Assembly (NCBI RefSeq): GCF_009831105.1
Contig: NZ_WUUQ01000002.1
Span: forward strand, 30,001-62,000
Length of the DNA: 32,000 nucleotides
Direction: 5' to 3'
Source: Copranaerobaculum intestinale
GTDB lineage: Bacteria; Bacillota_I; Bacilli_A; Erysipelotrichales; Erysipelotrichaceae
The notes under the pieces are model-generated. The model ran no database searches. It was given only the letters and a program-made list of their open reading frames with translations, and was not told where the DNA came from. Both the position numbers and the translations under genes were made by a program. Of the stretch, positions 10,001-16,645 are shown in pieces; position 1 is the first letter of the stretch; every line of letters starts with the position of its first letter.

Positions 10001-10257
10001 ACATGATAGCAGGTTAATTGATGATCGCAAGAGCATAGGTGTGTCTGAATCTGAAAGTCATCTTTATCAATGGAAAGGTTGATATCATAATATTGCTTGT
10101 GATCGATAACGGTGCCATGTACCATGATGAAATCGGGCTGTGAGTGCTCATCGATTTCCAAGGCCACGACGCCGCCCGCTTCATAACAGTTTTTTCCCTG
10201 CTCATAGATCGTTTCATCGAGGGCATAATCACGTATCTGTGCTTCACTAAGTTCCAT
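7054..10257 (-). CDS. SNF2-family helicase/ATPase with N-terminal SWIM zinc finger (YwqA-like)
   Basis: 1067 aa. SWIM CxC...CxH motif (CSCDHQLTCYH) near residue 75. Walker A ADDMGIGKT, DEAQ box (IIDEAQFIKN), and helicase-C motifs (LKAGGTGLNLT, QATDRAYRIGQ). AGGAGG lies upstream of the ATG. Confidence 0.85.
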   Translation of the reverse strand: MELSEAQIRDYALDETIYEQGKNCYEAGGVVALEIDEHSQPDFIMVHGTVIDHKQYYDINLSIDKDDFQIQTHLCSCDHQLTCYHVIAVLFKVLERNTLHQDKNHLAEGQPSDEWTKQLISSYERNELYQSLAFNIQKQVKLEPVLEFHHDIAILTLKIGIDKMYIIKDIPQFVRDMQEHVQKSYGRDLAFFHHESILDGPSRILYEYVQRHSRDRYYFQNERPFRIPYESRCLPLTKDALDEFFTMYLDQEVLYRYADKHLTNLPFCDRNPEFTLLVEEQQKQYLFHLNRYDYQFAEGSQYLYLLVDRRLHRCDHEYSKACGSFLIHLQRKHSALLVSESDMTAFYHHIITQIKDYIPLSGADISVYAPQPLTARLYLDMPKAQTLSAKLIYNYGDIEYPAFAPFSGNAARNYHEEIQIRMLLTRFMTRIDPKQETAYIENSQDALYEFFQNGFPLLSEVCDIYATDKIRNVQIKNSVSITMGVHMHSDLLEIDLNTYDFPIEELQNVLKAYHLHKKYYRMKNGSFVNIEDNALHELSQLLDGMRVSEKALQSGVIQVPAYRSLYVDNIVKENSQLKMERDHTFKNIIKGIRSSQDNDFEVPAHLKPILRNYQKAGYRWLKTMSNYGFGGILADDMGIGKTLQIITLLEDEKINNPQAQSLVICPSSLILNWQSEISKFSDTLTCCVIHGNASQRQRKIALASKYDVLVTSYDYIKRDLPFYEGITFTYQIIDEAQFIKNHNTKNAQSVKQINSIHKFALTGTPIENSLAELWSIFDFLMPGYLYEYPYFKKMYEQPIVKNQDQGIRRNLQKLVEPFILRRVKKDVLKELPNKVETTILIDLHEEARKLYQANAAQARQELRESGSQSKNKIMILSMLTRLRQLCCDPRLVYHDYPHESAKLEACVELIENCMQSQKKVLVFSQFTSLLALLEERLTKQQIDYYLLKGSTPKMQRQQMVNAFNTNQIPVFLISLKAGGTGLNLTSAEVVIHFDPWWNLSAQNQATDRAYRIGQHNNVQVFQLIARNTIEEKIMQLQVQKQQLSDSIIQENSGVITRMSTNELLDLF

Positions 10258-10393
10258 TGTACTGCCTCCTGTTTCGATATATCAGTGTTTTAAGCTTCTT
10301 ATTATTATATCATGGTTTATAGGATCGCTCACAGTTTTGGAAATGGAAATTATCAGGATATTATGTACATCGAAAGGTGTAAGAAAAAAATTG

Positions 10394-10402
10394 TGCTATA
10401 AT
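10394..10402 (+). promoter_or_regulatory. Possible extended -10 element (TGcTATAAT) upstream of pflA
   Basis: TGCTATAAT lies about 30 nt before the pflA ATG. No good -35 was found. Confidence 0.35.
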
Positions 10403-10430
10403 AAAAAAATAGGAAGCGGGGTAATCATAC

Positions 10431-11168
10431 ATGCTGGGAAGAATACATTCATTTGAGAGCTTTGGCACGGTTGACGGACCCGGCGTTCGGTTTGTCATAT
10501 TTGTACAAGGCTGTGTGATGCGCTGTCGCTATTGCCACAATCCGGATACCTGGGATCAAAGCGGAGGCAGCGAATATGAGAGTGAAGCCGTCCTTCAGGA
10601 AATTTTGAAATATCGGTGTTATATTGAAAAAGGCGGTGTAACGATCACCGGGGGTGAACCGATGATGCAGTTGGATTTTGTATTGGAACTCTTTGAAAAA
10701 TGTCATAAACAGGGTTTGCATACTTGTATGGATACATCCGGAATTGCTTTTGATAAGAGTGATCCGGTGTTTATGGCTAAAATTGATCGATTGATGCAGG
10801 TGTGTGATCTGTTTTTATTGGATATCAAACATATTGACAGAAAAAAACATCAGGAGCTAACCGGGCAAAGCAATGAACGGCCATTACAATTCGCGAAGTA
10901 TCTGAATCATTTTCATAAACCGATGTGGATACGGCATGTGCTGGTTCCCGGTTATACAACGGATGAAGATGATTTAAAACGGCTGCGCAAATTCCTGGAT
11001 ACACTCGATTCAATCGAACGGATTGAGGTGCTCCCTTATCATCGAATGGGAGAAGTAAAGTATGAAAAATTGGGTATACCCTATGTGCTGAAAGGAGTAG
11101 AGCCGCCAACCTCTGAACAGATACGGCAGGCAGAAGCTATTTTAGGATGTGATCGATATGGGAAATAA
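10431..11168 (+). CDS. pflA: Pyruvate formate-lyase activating enzyme (radical SAM)
   Basis: N-terminal GRIHSFESFGTVDGPGVRFVIFVQGCVMRCRYCHNPDTW contains the CxxxCxxC cluster motif. At 245 aa the length is typical. Confidence 0.9.
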   Translation: MLGRIHSFESFGTVDGPGVRFVIFVQGCVMRCRYCHNPDTWDQSGGSEYESEAVLQEILKYRCYIEKGGVTITGGEPMMQLDFVLELFEKCHKQGLHTCMDTSGIAFDKSDPVFMAKIDRLMQVCDLFLLDIKHIDRKKHQELTGQSNERPLQFAKYLNHFHKPMWIRHVLVPGYTTDEDDLKRLRKFLDTLDSIERIEVLPYHRMGEVKYEKLGIPYVLKGVEPPTSEQIRQAEAILGCDRYGK

Positions 11169-11436
11169 ACCTTATCAGCTCTTGGAAATTACGTCAGAGG
11201 GATGTGCGAGCTGTGTGACAATGAATGCGGTAATTCAGCAAATTGCCAAACAGCGAGATGATATGTCCGCAGAATCAAAAAATGTGAAACAATTTACCCA
11301 AGCCCAGCTGCAAAAGCTTGGGGTTGAAAAAGTTCCGGTACTTTTATTGATGTGTGATCAAGCGGTATTGGGCAGTGTCTACGGATATCAGCCGTATGAA
11401 ATATTGGAATTATGGTTGGAGAGTAAAATCGGGTAA
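11158..11436 (+). CDS. Small thioredoxin-fold protein with CxxC (CASC) motif
   Basis: 92-aa ORF overlapping the pflA 3' end by 11 nt. It has SEGCASCV near the N-terminus and a KVPVLL beta-strand motif typical of Trx-like proteins. The upstream AGGA is weak. Confidence 0.55.
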   Translation: MGNKPYQLLEITSEGCASCVTMNAVIQQIAKQRDDMSAESKNVKQFTQAQLQKLGVEKVPVLLLMCDQAVLGSVYGYQPYEILELWLESKIG

Positions 11437-11465
11437 TCTTTTTTAAGTAAATAAGATGTTTTGAA

Positions 11466-11494
11466 TTGACAAAAAAGAGACAGCTGAGTATACT
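11466..11494 (+). promoter_or_regulatory. Sigma-A promoter of pflB
   Basis: TTGACA (11466-11471), 17 nt, TATACT (11489-11494). This places the transcription start just upstream of the riboswitch P1 stem. Confidence 0.65.
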
Positions 11495-11504
11495 TTAAAC
11501 ATAA

Positions 11505-11572
11505 GTCATATGACTGACGGAAGTGGAGTTACCACGTGGAGTATGACCAATAGCAAGCCGACCGTCTGGGCA
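11505..11572 (+). promoter_or_regulatory. ZTP riboswitch aptamer (pfl motif)
   Basis: P1 is GTCATA/TATGAC. It encloses TGACTGACG (consensus UGACUGGCG), the P2 hairpin GTGG-AGTTA-CCAC and GTGGAG. After a linker comes the 3' subdomain GCCGACCGTCTGGGCA (consensus CCGnCCGCCUGGGCA). Pseudoknot partners show a compensatory change (GACG:CGTC instead of GGCG:CGCC). It lies directly upstream of pflB, the gene the motif is named for. Confidence 0.8.
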
Positions 11573-11606
11573 ATCTGAAAAGCCTGGAATGTCGGCTTTT
11601 CTCTTA
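11556..11606 (+). terminator. Riboswitch expression-platform terminator
   Basis: AAGCCGACCGTCTGGGC-loop-GCCTGGAATGTCGGCTT followed by TTTCTCTT. Its 5' arm is the 3' aptamer subdomain, so ligand-bound folding and the terminator are mutually exclusive (ON switch). Confidence 0.7.
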
Positions 11607-11626
11607 CTTTGGAAGGAGCAGAAAAC

Positions 11627-13624
11627 ATGCGCGATGAATGGTATGGATTTGAAGCCGGTACATGGACGAATGAGATAGATGTACGCGACTTTATTCAACA
11701 CAACTACACTCCCTATGAGGGCGATGACAAATTTTTAGCGGGTCCTACCGCAGCCACAAAACAGCTTTGGGATCAGGTTATGGAACTCAATAAACAGGAA
11801 AAGGATGCCGGGGGCGTGTTGGATGCGGATACTTCGGTTGTTTCTACGCTGACTTCTCATCCAGCCGGATATTTGAATAAAGAGCTGGAAAAGATTGTTG
11901 GATTTCAGACCGATAAGCCGTTCAAGCGAGCGTTACAGCCGGTTGGCGGAATTAAAATGAGTGAAAATGCATTAAAGGAATATGGATATGAAATCGATTC
12001 TAAGGTGAAGGAAATCTTCACAAAGTATCGGAAGACACATAACCAGGGTGTATTTGATGTATATACGCCGGAGATGCGCAAGGCACGTCATTGCGGTATT
12101 ATTACCGGGCTGCCGGATGCTTACGGCCGGGGAAGAATCATCGGTGATTATCGTCGTATTGCATTATACGGCATTGATCGTTTGATCGAAGAAAAAGAGG
12201 AAGTAAGAGCAATTCTTTGCGGGTCAATGAGTGAAGAAAAGATTCGTGACCGAGAAGAATTGATGGAACAGATCAGAGCTTTGAAAGCGATGATCGAAAT
12301 GGGCAATATTTATGGCTGTGATTTATCGCGTCCTGCCAAAACGGCTCAAGAAGCCATTCAGGCAACCTACTTCGGTTATCTGGCAGCGGTAAAAGATCAA
12401 AACGGCGCGGCGATGTCGATCGGACGTATTTCCACATTTTTGGATATTTATATCGAACGGGATTTAAAAAACGGCGTCATAACCGAAGCAGATGCACAGG
12501 AATTGATGGATCACTTCGTAATGAAGCTGCGTTTGATCAAGTTCATGCGTACTTCCGAATATAATGATTTGTTCAGCGGTGATCCAAACTGGGTAACCGA
12601 GTCGATTGGCGGTATGGGAGTAGACGGTCGTACATTAGTAACTAAGAACTCTTTCCGTATTCTGCATACACTGTATAATCTGGGACCGGCGCCGGAACCG
12701 AATCTGACAGTTTTATGGTCACCGCGTCTGCCGAAGGAATTTAAACGTTTCTGTGCAAAAGTTTCCATTGAAACAAGCTCGATCCAGTATGAAAACGATG
12801 ACCTGATGCGTCCGGATATGGGTGATGATTATGGAATAGCCTGCTGTGTTAGCTGCATGCGCATCGGTAAGGATATGCAGTTTTTCGGAGCTCGTGCCAA
12901 TCTTGCGAAAGCGTTATTATATGCGATCAACGGTGGAATGGATGAGAAGAAAAAGGAACAGGTATCGCCTCGGTTTGAACCGATCACCGGTGATTACTTG
13001 GAATTTGATGAAGTGATGATGAAATATGATCAGATGCTGGATTGGCTGGCAGGTTTATATGTCAATACTTTGAATATCATTCACTATATGCATGATAAAT
13101 ACTGCTATGAAGCAGCAGAAATGGCCCTGCATGACTATGATGTGCGCCGTTTCTTTGCGACTGGCATTGCCGGTTTATCGGTTGTCGCCGATTCTCTTTC
13201 GGCAATCAAATATGCGAAGGTGAAAGTTATCCGGGATGAAGACGGTCTTGCGGTTGATTTTGAAACGGAAGGCGACTTCCCGAAATATGGAAATAATGAC
13301 GATCGGGTTGATCTGTTAGCGGCAGATTTGGTGAAACGTTTCATGAACAAAATCAAACAGCATAAAACCTATCGTAATGGAGTACATTCAATGAGTATCT
13401 TGACGATTACAAGCAATGTAGTATATGGTAAAAAGACGGGTTCTACACCGGATGGCCGAAAGGGCGGCATGCCGTTTGCGCCGGGTGCGAATCCAATGCA
13501 TGGACGGGATACAAACGGCGCACTGGCTTCTTTGGAATCGGTCGCAAAATTGCCGTATGAATATTCCCGTGACGGAATCAGCAATACATTCTCCATAGTG
13601 CCGGATGCACTTGGGAAAAAATAG
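11627..13624 (+). CDS. pflB: Pyruvate formate-lyase (formate C-acetyltransferase), catalytic body lacking the glycyl-radical domain
   Basis: Collinear with canonical PFL. The catalytic Cys pair is in [28 protein letters not shown], and the ORF ends ...[20 protein letters not shown]. The start was trimmed to ATG 11627 (MRDEWYGF), preceded by GGAAGGAG. Confidence 0.85.
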   Translation: MRDEWYGFEAGTWTNEIDVRDFIQHNYTPYEGDDKFLAGPTAATKQLWDQVMELNKQEKDAGGVLDADTSVVSTLTSHPAGYLNKELEKIVGFQTDKPFKRALQPVGGIKMSENALKEYGYEIDSKVKEIFTKYRKTHNQGVFDVYTPEMRKARHCGIITGLPDAYGRGRIIGDYRRIALYGIDRLIEEKEEVRAILCGSMSEEKIRDREELMEQIRALKAMIEMGNIYGCDLSRPAKTAQEAIQATYFGYLAAVKDQNGAAMSIGRISTFLDIYIERDLKNGVITEADAQELMDHFVMKLRLIKFMRTSEYNDLFSGDPNWVTESIGGMGVDGRTLVTKNSFRILHTLYNLGPAPEPNLTVLWSPRLPKEFKRFCAKVSIETSSIQYENDDLMRPDMGDDYGIACCVSCMRIGKDMQFFGARANLAKALLYAINGGMDEKKKEQVSPRFEPITGDYLEFDEVMMKYDQMLDWLAGLYVNTLNIIHYMHDKYCYEAAEMALHDYDVRRFFATGIAGLSVVADSLSAIKYAKVKVIRDEDGLAVDFETEGDFPKYGNNDDRVDLLAADLVKRFMNKIKQHKTYRNGVHSMSILTITSNVVYGKKTGSTPDGRKGGMPFAPGANPMHGRDTNGALASLESVAKLPYEYSRDGISNTFSIVPDALGKK

Positions 13625-13636
13625 GAGGGTAAGCAT

Positions 13637-13870
13637 ATGTCTGATAGAATTGATAATTTGGTTACACTGATCGATGGATATGCGCAAAATGGCGGACATC
13701 ATTTAAATGTAAATGTATTCAATCGGGAAACGCTGTTGGATGCACAGGAGCACCCGGAGAAATATCCACAGCTTACGATTCGTGTTTCTGGTTATGCGGT
13801 TAACTTCAACAAGCTGACAAAAGCGCAGCAGGATGAGGTTATATCCAGAACGATGCACGAAAGATTTTAA
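13637..13870 (+). CDS. Glycyl-radical domain of pyruvate formate-lyase as a separate 77-aa ORF (GrcA/YfiD-like module)
   Basis: [43 protein letters not shown] carries the RVSGYAV glycyl-radical fingerprint. It is in the same frame as pflB, 12 nt after its TAG. It has its own AGGAGG (13623-13628) 8 nt before the ATG. Confidence 0.8.
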   Translation: MSDRIDNLVTLIDGYAQNGGHHLNVNVFNRETLLDAQEHPEKYPQLTIRVSGYAVNFNKLTKAQQDEVISRTMHERF

Positions 13871-13891
13871 GAGGCGAAAGCCTCTTTTTTG
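13871..13891 (+). terminator. Intrinsic terminator of the pfl operon
   Basis: GAGGC-gaaa-GCCTC followed by TTTTTT, immediately after the TAA. Confidence 0.8.
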
Positions 13892-13892
13892 T

Positions 13893-15172
13893 ATTATATA
13901 GGTAACTATTTTATAAATAAAAAGTAATTTGAAACTGCTTATCAAAACAAATGAAAATACATATATAGTCAAAATGAAATTAGAGTTATCTACTCTCCAA
14001 GATGAAATTATTATTAATGATTTCTATTATTCTTGGAGTAAGACAAAAATTTCATTTGATAAGAAAAAAGAATTGCAGTATCATGGAAAATTCAGTTTTT
14101 CAAAAATTCTTAAACGAAATTATGAAGTTTCGATTTTAAATGATGATTTGTTTAAAGAAAGTTCTTTTGATACCCGTAAATGGCTATTGCATAAAGGAAG
14201 TTTTGGAACAGGTAAGACAACACTTGATATTTTAAGTCTTAATAATTTAGGATATATACCAATCATAATTTCTCCATGGGAAGATAATTATGATGATGAT
14301 TTTTTATATCTCATATTTGATAAAATGAAAAAGAAAAGTAAGAAGATTTTCTTTTTACCAGAAAGGCATACGTTTATTATTTTTATAGTTTCTGTTTTTG
14401 CTGTTTTTACTGCTTTATATACAATGTTGAATAGTATTGATAATTTTTCAAAAGTCAATCATTTAGTGTTTTTTAATCTAACCAGTTATACATACTTATG
14501 TATATATCTATTAATCTTATTCATTTCATTCATGTCTATTTTATATTTGTTACCATATTTAATTATTTTTAAAAAGAATTCTTCTAGAATTTATCAGGAT
14601 TTTTATCTGAATAATATCAAATATATGTTGAATAGAAATAGTAAATTAATACTTTTGGTAGAAGATATTGATCGATTAGATCCTAAATATATATGCGATA
14701 TTTTAAGAATTCTCAGTAAACTGAATAATTCTCAATGGAATTCAGATCGTAAACTAGGTATCATATCGTGTAATCATAAAGTAATTGAAAATCATGATAT
14801 GACTTTTAATAAAATTGCATGTGGGGAGTTATTTGCAGATGTTAAATCGCGTAAATATATGTGGAAATTTCTAAGAAAGAGTTTGGAAGCATTGGAAAGA
14901 ATTAAAAAAATGAGTTTTCATATTGAATATTCAAGAATTTCTGAAGAGAATTTTATATCCGACATATCATTCAGACTAATAAAGGATACTTTGGAAAAAT
15001 TGATTAATGCTGAAGATAATGAAGAAGCAATATCCTATTTAAATGAGATTTTAATAATTGATTAAGACTAGTAAACTATATATGTTTTTTATCACGATCG
15101 CTTTATACAAACATAAGAAGAAGTTGTAAATGATTCCTAATTAGCAAATGTTAAATAGAAAATGAAAAATAT
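13893..15172. other. AT-rich single-gene insertion between the pfl terminator and the tRNA-Trp terminator
   Basis: By eye the base composition is far more AT-rich than the flanking genes. Codon usage is dominated by A/T-ending codons. It is bounded by two terminators and a tRNA 3' end. Confidence 0.5.
13974..15065 (+). CDS. Minimal KAP-family P-loop NTPase with membrane insert
   Basis: Walker A is GSFGTGKTT, followed by the KAP-typical SPWEDNYDDDF. Hydrophobic helices (FIIFIVSVFAVFTALY; YLCIYLLILFISFMSILYLLPYLIIF) are inserted before the Walker B LLVEDIDRLDP. The ATG at 13974 has no clear SD; an alternative TTG lies at 13929. Confidence 0.7.
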   Translation: MKLELSTLQDEIIINDFYYSWSKTKISFDKKKELQYHGKFSFSKILKRNYEVSILNDDLFKESSFDTRKWLLHKGSFGTGKTTLDILSLNNLGYIPIIISPWEDNYDDDFLYLIFDKMKKKSKKIFFLPERHTFIIFIVSVFAVFTALYTMLNSIDNFSKVNHLVFFNLTSYTYLCIYLLILFISFMSILYLLPYLIIFKKNSSRIYQDFYLNNIKYMLNRNSKLILLVEDIDRLDPKYICDILRILSKLNNSQWNSDRKLGIISCNHKVIENHDMTFNKIACGELFADVKSRKYMWKFLRKSLEALERIKKMSFHIEYSRISEENFISDISFRLIKDTLEKLINAEDNEEAISYLNEILIID

Positions 15173-15199
15173 AAAAAAACCTTTATAAAAAGGCTTACA
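15173..15199 (-). terminator. Weak intrinsic terminator after tRNA-Trp
   Basis: Minus strand AAGCCTTT-ttat-AAAGGTTT followed by TTTT. The stem is short and AT-rich with a G-U pair. Confidence 0.4.
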
Positions 15200-15207
15200 T
15201 AACAATC

Positions 15208-15281
15208 TGGCAGGGGTGACAGGAATTGAACCCGTATCAGCGGTTTTGGAGACCGTTATACTACCATTGTACTACACCCCT
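15208..15281 (-). tRNA. tRNA-Trp (anticodon CCA), CCA end encoded
   Basis: The reverse complement AGGGGTG-TA-GTAC...GTAT-A-ACGGT-CTCCAAA-ACCGC-TGAT-ACGGG-TTCAATT-CCTGT-CACCCCT-G-CCA folds as a 74-nt cloverleaf. It closely resembles Bacillus tRNA-Trp. Confidence 0.9.
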
Positions 15282-15298
15282 AATTCAATTGCTTAAAT

Positions 15299-15327
15299 AT
15301 AGTATCATATTCATCAGGAATTGACAA
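15299..15327 (-). promoter_or_regulatory. Putative sigma-A promoter of tRNA-Trp
   Basis: Minus strand TTGTCA (15327-15322), 17 nt, TACTAT (15304-15299), about 18 nt upstream of the tRNA 5' end. Confidence 0.5.
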
Positions 15328-15398
15328 TAATAAAGATGAAATAAAACGTTTTTATCCGCCAGAAAAAGAGATATAATAATAAAATACAAGGCAGGTAT

Positions 15399-15767
15399 GT
15401 GATGACACTTATTTTATCAGTATTACTATTATTTCATGTGAATGGATTTCTTTTATCAATCGTGATTTTAGGGTTCTGTTGGTTAAGCAAAATAATTTTG
15501 CACAAGAAAACCTGGACGGAGTTGTTTGATTATTTAGGCTTAATTGGTCTGATGATCATCATTCTAATCAGTTTGGTTTTCTTTACCACGGTTGCTTATT
15601 TTATAAATCATGCTGTCTTTCTGTATTTACATTCAAAATATGCGGTATTGCTTTCTTGGATTTTGCCAGTTATTATCGATGGCGCTATGATGACCCAGGT
15701 GAAACGAGGGAAAGAATGGCTGGTTCATGGGGATACAAAAAACGAACAGGAAACTATCTACAAATAA
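15399..15767 (+). CDS. Hypothetical small integral membrane protein
   Basis: 122-aa ORF (GTG 15399 or ATG 15402) with about four hydrophobic helices and a charged C-terminal tail. It ends at a hairpin terminator. No family recognised. Confidence 0.5.
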   Translation: MMTLILSVLLLFHVNGFLLSIVILGFCWLSKIILHKKTWTELFDYLGLIGLMIIILISLVFFTTVAYFINHAVFLYLHSKYAVLLSWILPVIIDGAMMTQVKRGKEWLVHGDTKNEQETIYK

Positions 15768-15788
15768 AAAAGCGCAGCCCGCGCTTTT
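15766..15788. terminator. Bidirectional terminator shared by convergent genes
   Basis: AAAAAGCGC-agccc-GCGCTTTT lies between the stop of the membrane-protein ORF and the stop of the Zn-ribbon ORF. Confidence 0.6.
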
Positions 15789-15996
15789 AGTTTGTCAGGA
15801 AGTCCAGAATATTCCATCCGGCATCGGTTTCAGAACGGTATAGCTCAGTAAATCCGCAGTTTGTACAACTGACAGTTATAAACTTTTTATTTTGCACATC
15901 GAAAATTTTAGCGAAGTTTCCTCCCGTAGCCTGGAATTGATCACTGACATAGGAATTACATCCGCATTTCGGACAAACAAACTGTTTCTTTTCCAT
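15787..15996 (-). CDS. Zinc-ribbon protein (predicted nucleic-acid-binding, COG3478/DUF2082-like)
   Basis: 69 aa with two CxxC knuckles (CPKCGC ... CTNCGF). Trimmed to ATG 15996 (MEKKQFVCPKCG), preceded by GAGAGGAGAA. Confidence 0.7.
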   Translation of the reverse strand: MEKKQFVCPKCGCNSYVSDQFQATGGNFAKIFDVQNKKFITVSCTNCGFTELYRSETDAGWNILDFLTN

Positions 15997-16101
15997 GATG
16001 TTCTCCTCTCTAACATAGCATATGCGTGTACACATTATACCATAATCATCGTCTGGTTAACTTTCATTTGTGTTATAATTCATGTGGAAAGAGGTGTTTT
16101 T

Positions 16102-16635
16102 ATGAAAGTAATGTGTATTCTAACAGATGGTTTTGAAGAGCTCGAGGCAGTTGGTACAATTGCTTTATTAAGAAGAGCTGGAATGGTAATTGATGTATAT
16201 GCGGTGGAAAGCACAGCTGCTACCGGAAGATTTCAGGTAACATTTGATCGTTTGCTGAACACGGATGATTTGTGTGTTGATGAATATGATGCATTGTTTA
16301 TTCCGGGAGGACCTCATTATGCGAAGCTAGAAGCGAATGCGTGTGTGAAGGCTGTCATCAAGCATTTCTTTGATCATCATAAGGTTGTATCTGCAATTTG
16401 TGCTGCACCGACTATCCTGGGGCATCTCGGCTATCTGAAAGGGAAAAAATATACATGTTTTACCAGTATGAATGAAGATTTTGGCGGTGTCTATATGGAT
16501 CAGTATGTGGCGATTGATGAGAACTTAATTACTGGAAGATCTGCGGCAGCTTCGATTGATTTTGCTTTTGCACTTATGGAAAAGCTAGCCGGTAAAGCAA
16601 AAGCAGATGAAATTAAGAAGTCTATTTATTATTAA
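16102..16635 (+). CDS. DJ-1/PfpI (ThiJ) family protein
   Basis: MKVMCILTDGFEELEAV..., the nucleophile-elbow AICAAP, and LITGR near the C-terminus. Trimmed from 15892 to ATG 16102, preceded by GAAAGAGGTG. Confidence 0.85.
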   Translation: MKVMCILTDGFEELEAVGTIALLRRAGMVIDVYAVESTAATGRFQVTFDRLLNTDDLCVDEYDALFIPGGPHYAKLEANACVKAVIKHFFDHHKVVSAICAAPTILGHLGYLKGKKYTCFTSMNEDFGGVYMDQYVAIDENLITGRSAAASIDFAFALMEKLAGKAKADEIKKSIYY

Positions 16636-16645
16636 GAGGCCGATT

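Noticed and set aside
13622-13624. TAG in pflB as a recoded (read-through or pyrrolysine-type) codon
   Set aside because: TAG terminates other well-defined genes in this window and no recoding element is visible. The SD+ATG restart explains the arrangement more simply. Sequencing error remains an untested alternative.
13929-13973. TTG-initiated 15-codon N-terminal extension of the KAP NTPase ORF
   Set aside because: No SD precedes either start. The ATG at 13974 is the conservative choice, but the true start is uncertain.
13871-15207. att-like direct repeats or integrase remnants flanking the AT-rich insertions (also 17096-18216)
   Set aside because: Visual comparison of both borders with the tRNA 3' and 5' ends found no repeat longer than trivial AT-rich hexamers, and no recombinase ORF is present.
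15892-16101. ORF-track 5' extensions overlapping neighbouring genes or promoters (DJ-1 from 15892; also 16607, 19272, 21845, 25280, 27889, and the minus-strand 5' ends at 2659, 4395, 7025, 16035)
   Set aside because: In each case an internal ATG preceded by a good SD begins exactly where family-typical N-terminal sequence starts. The extension overlaps another feature.
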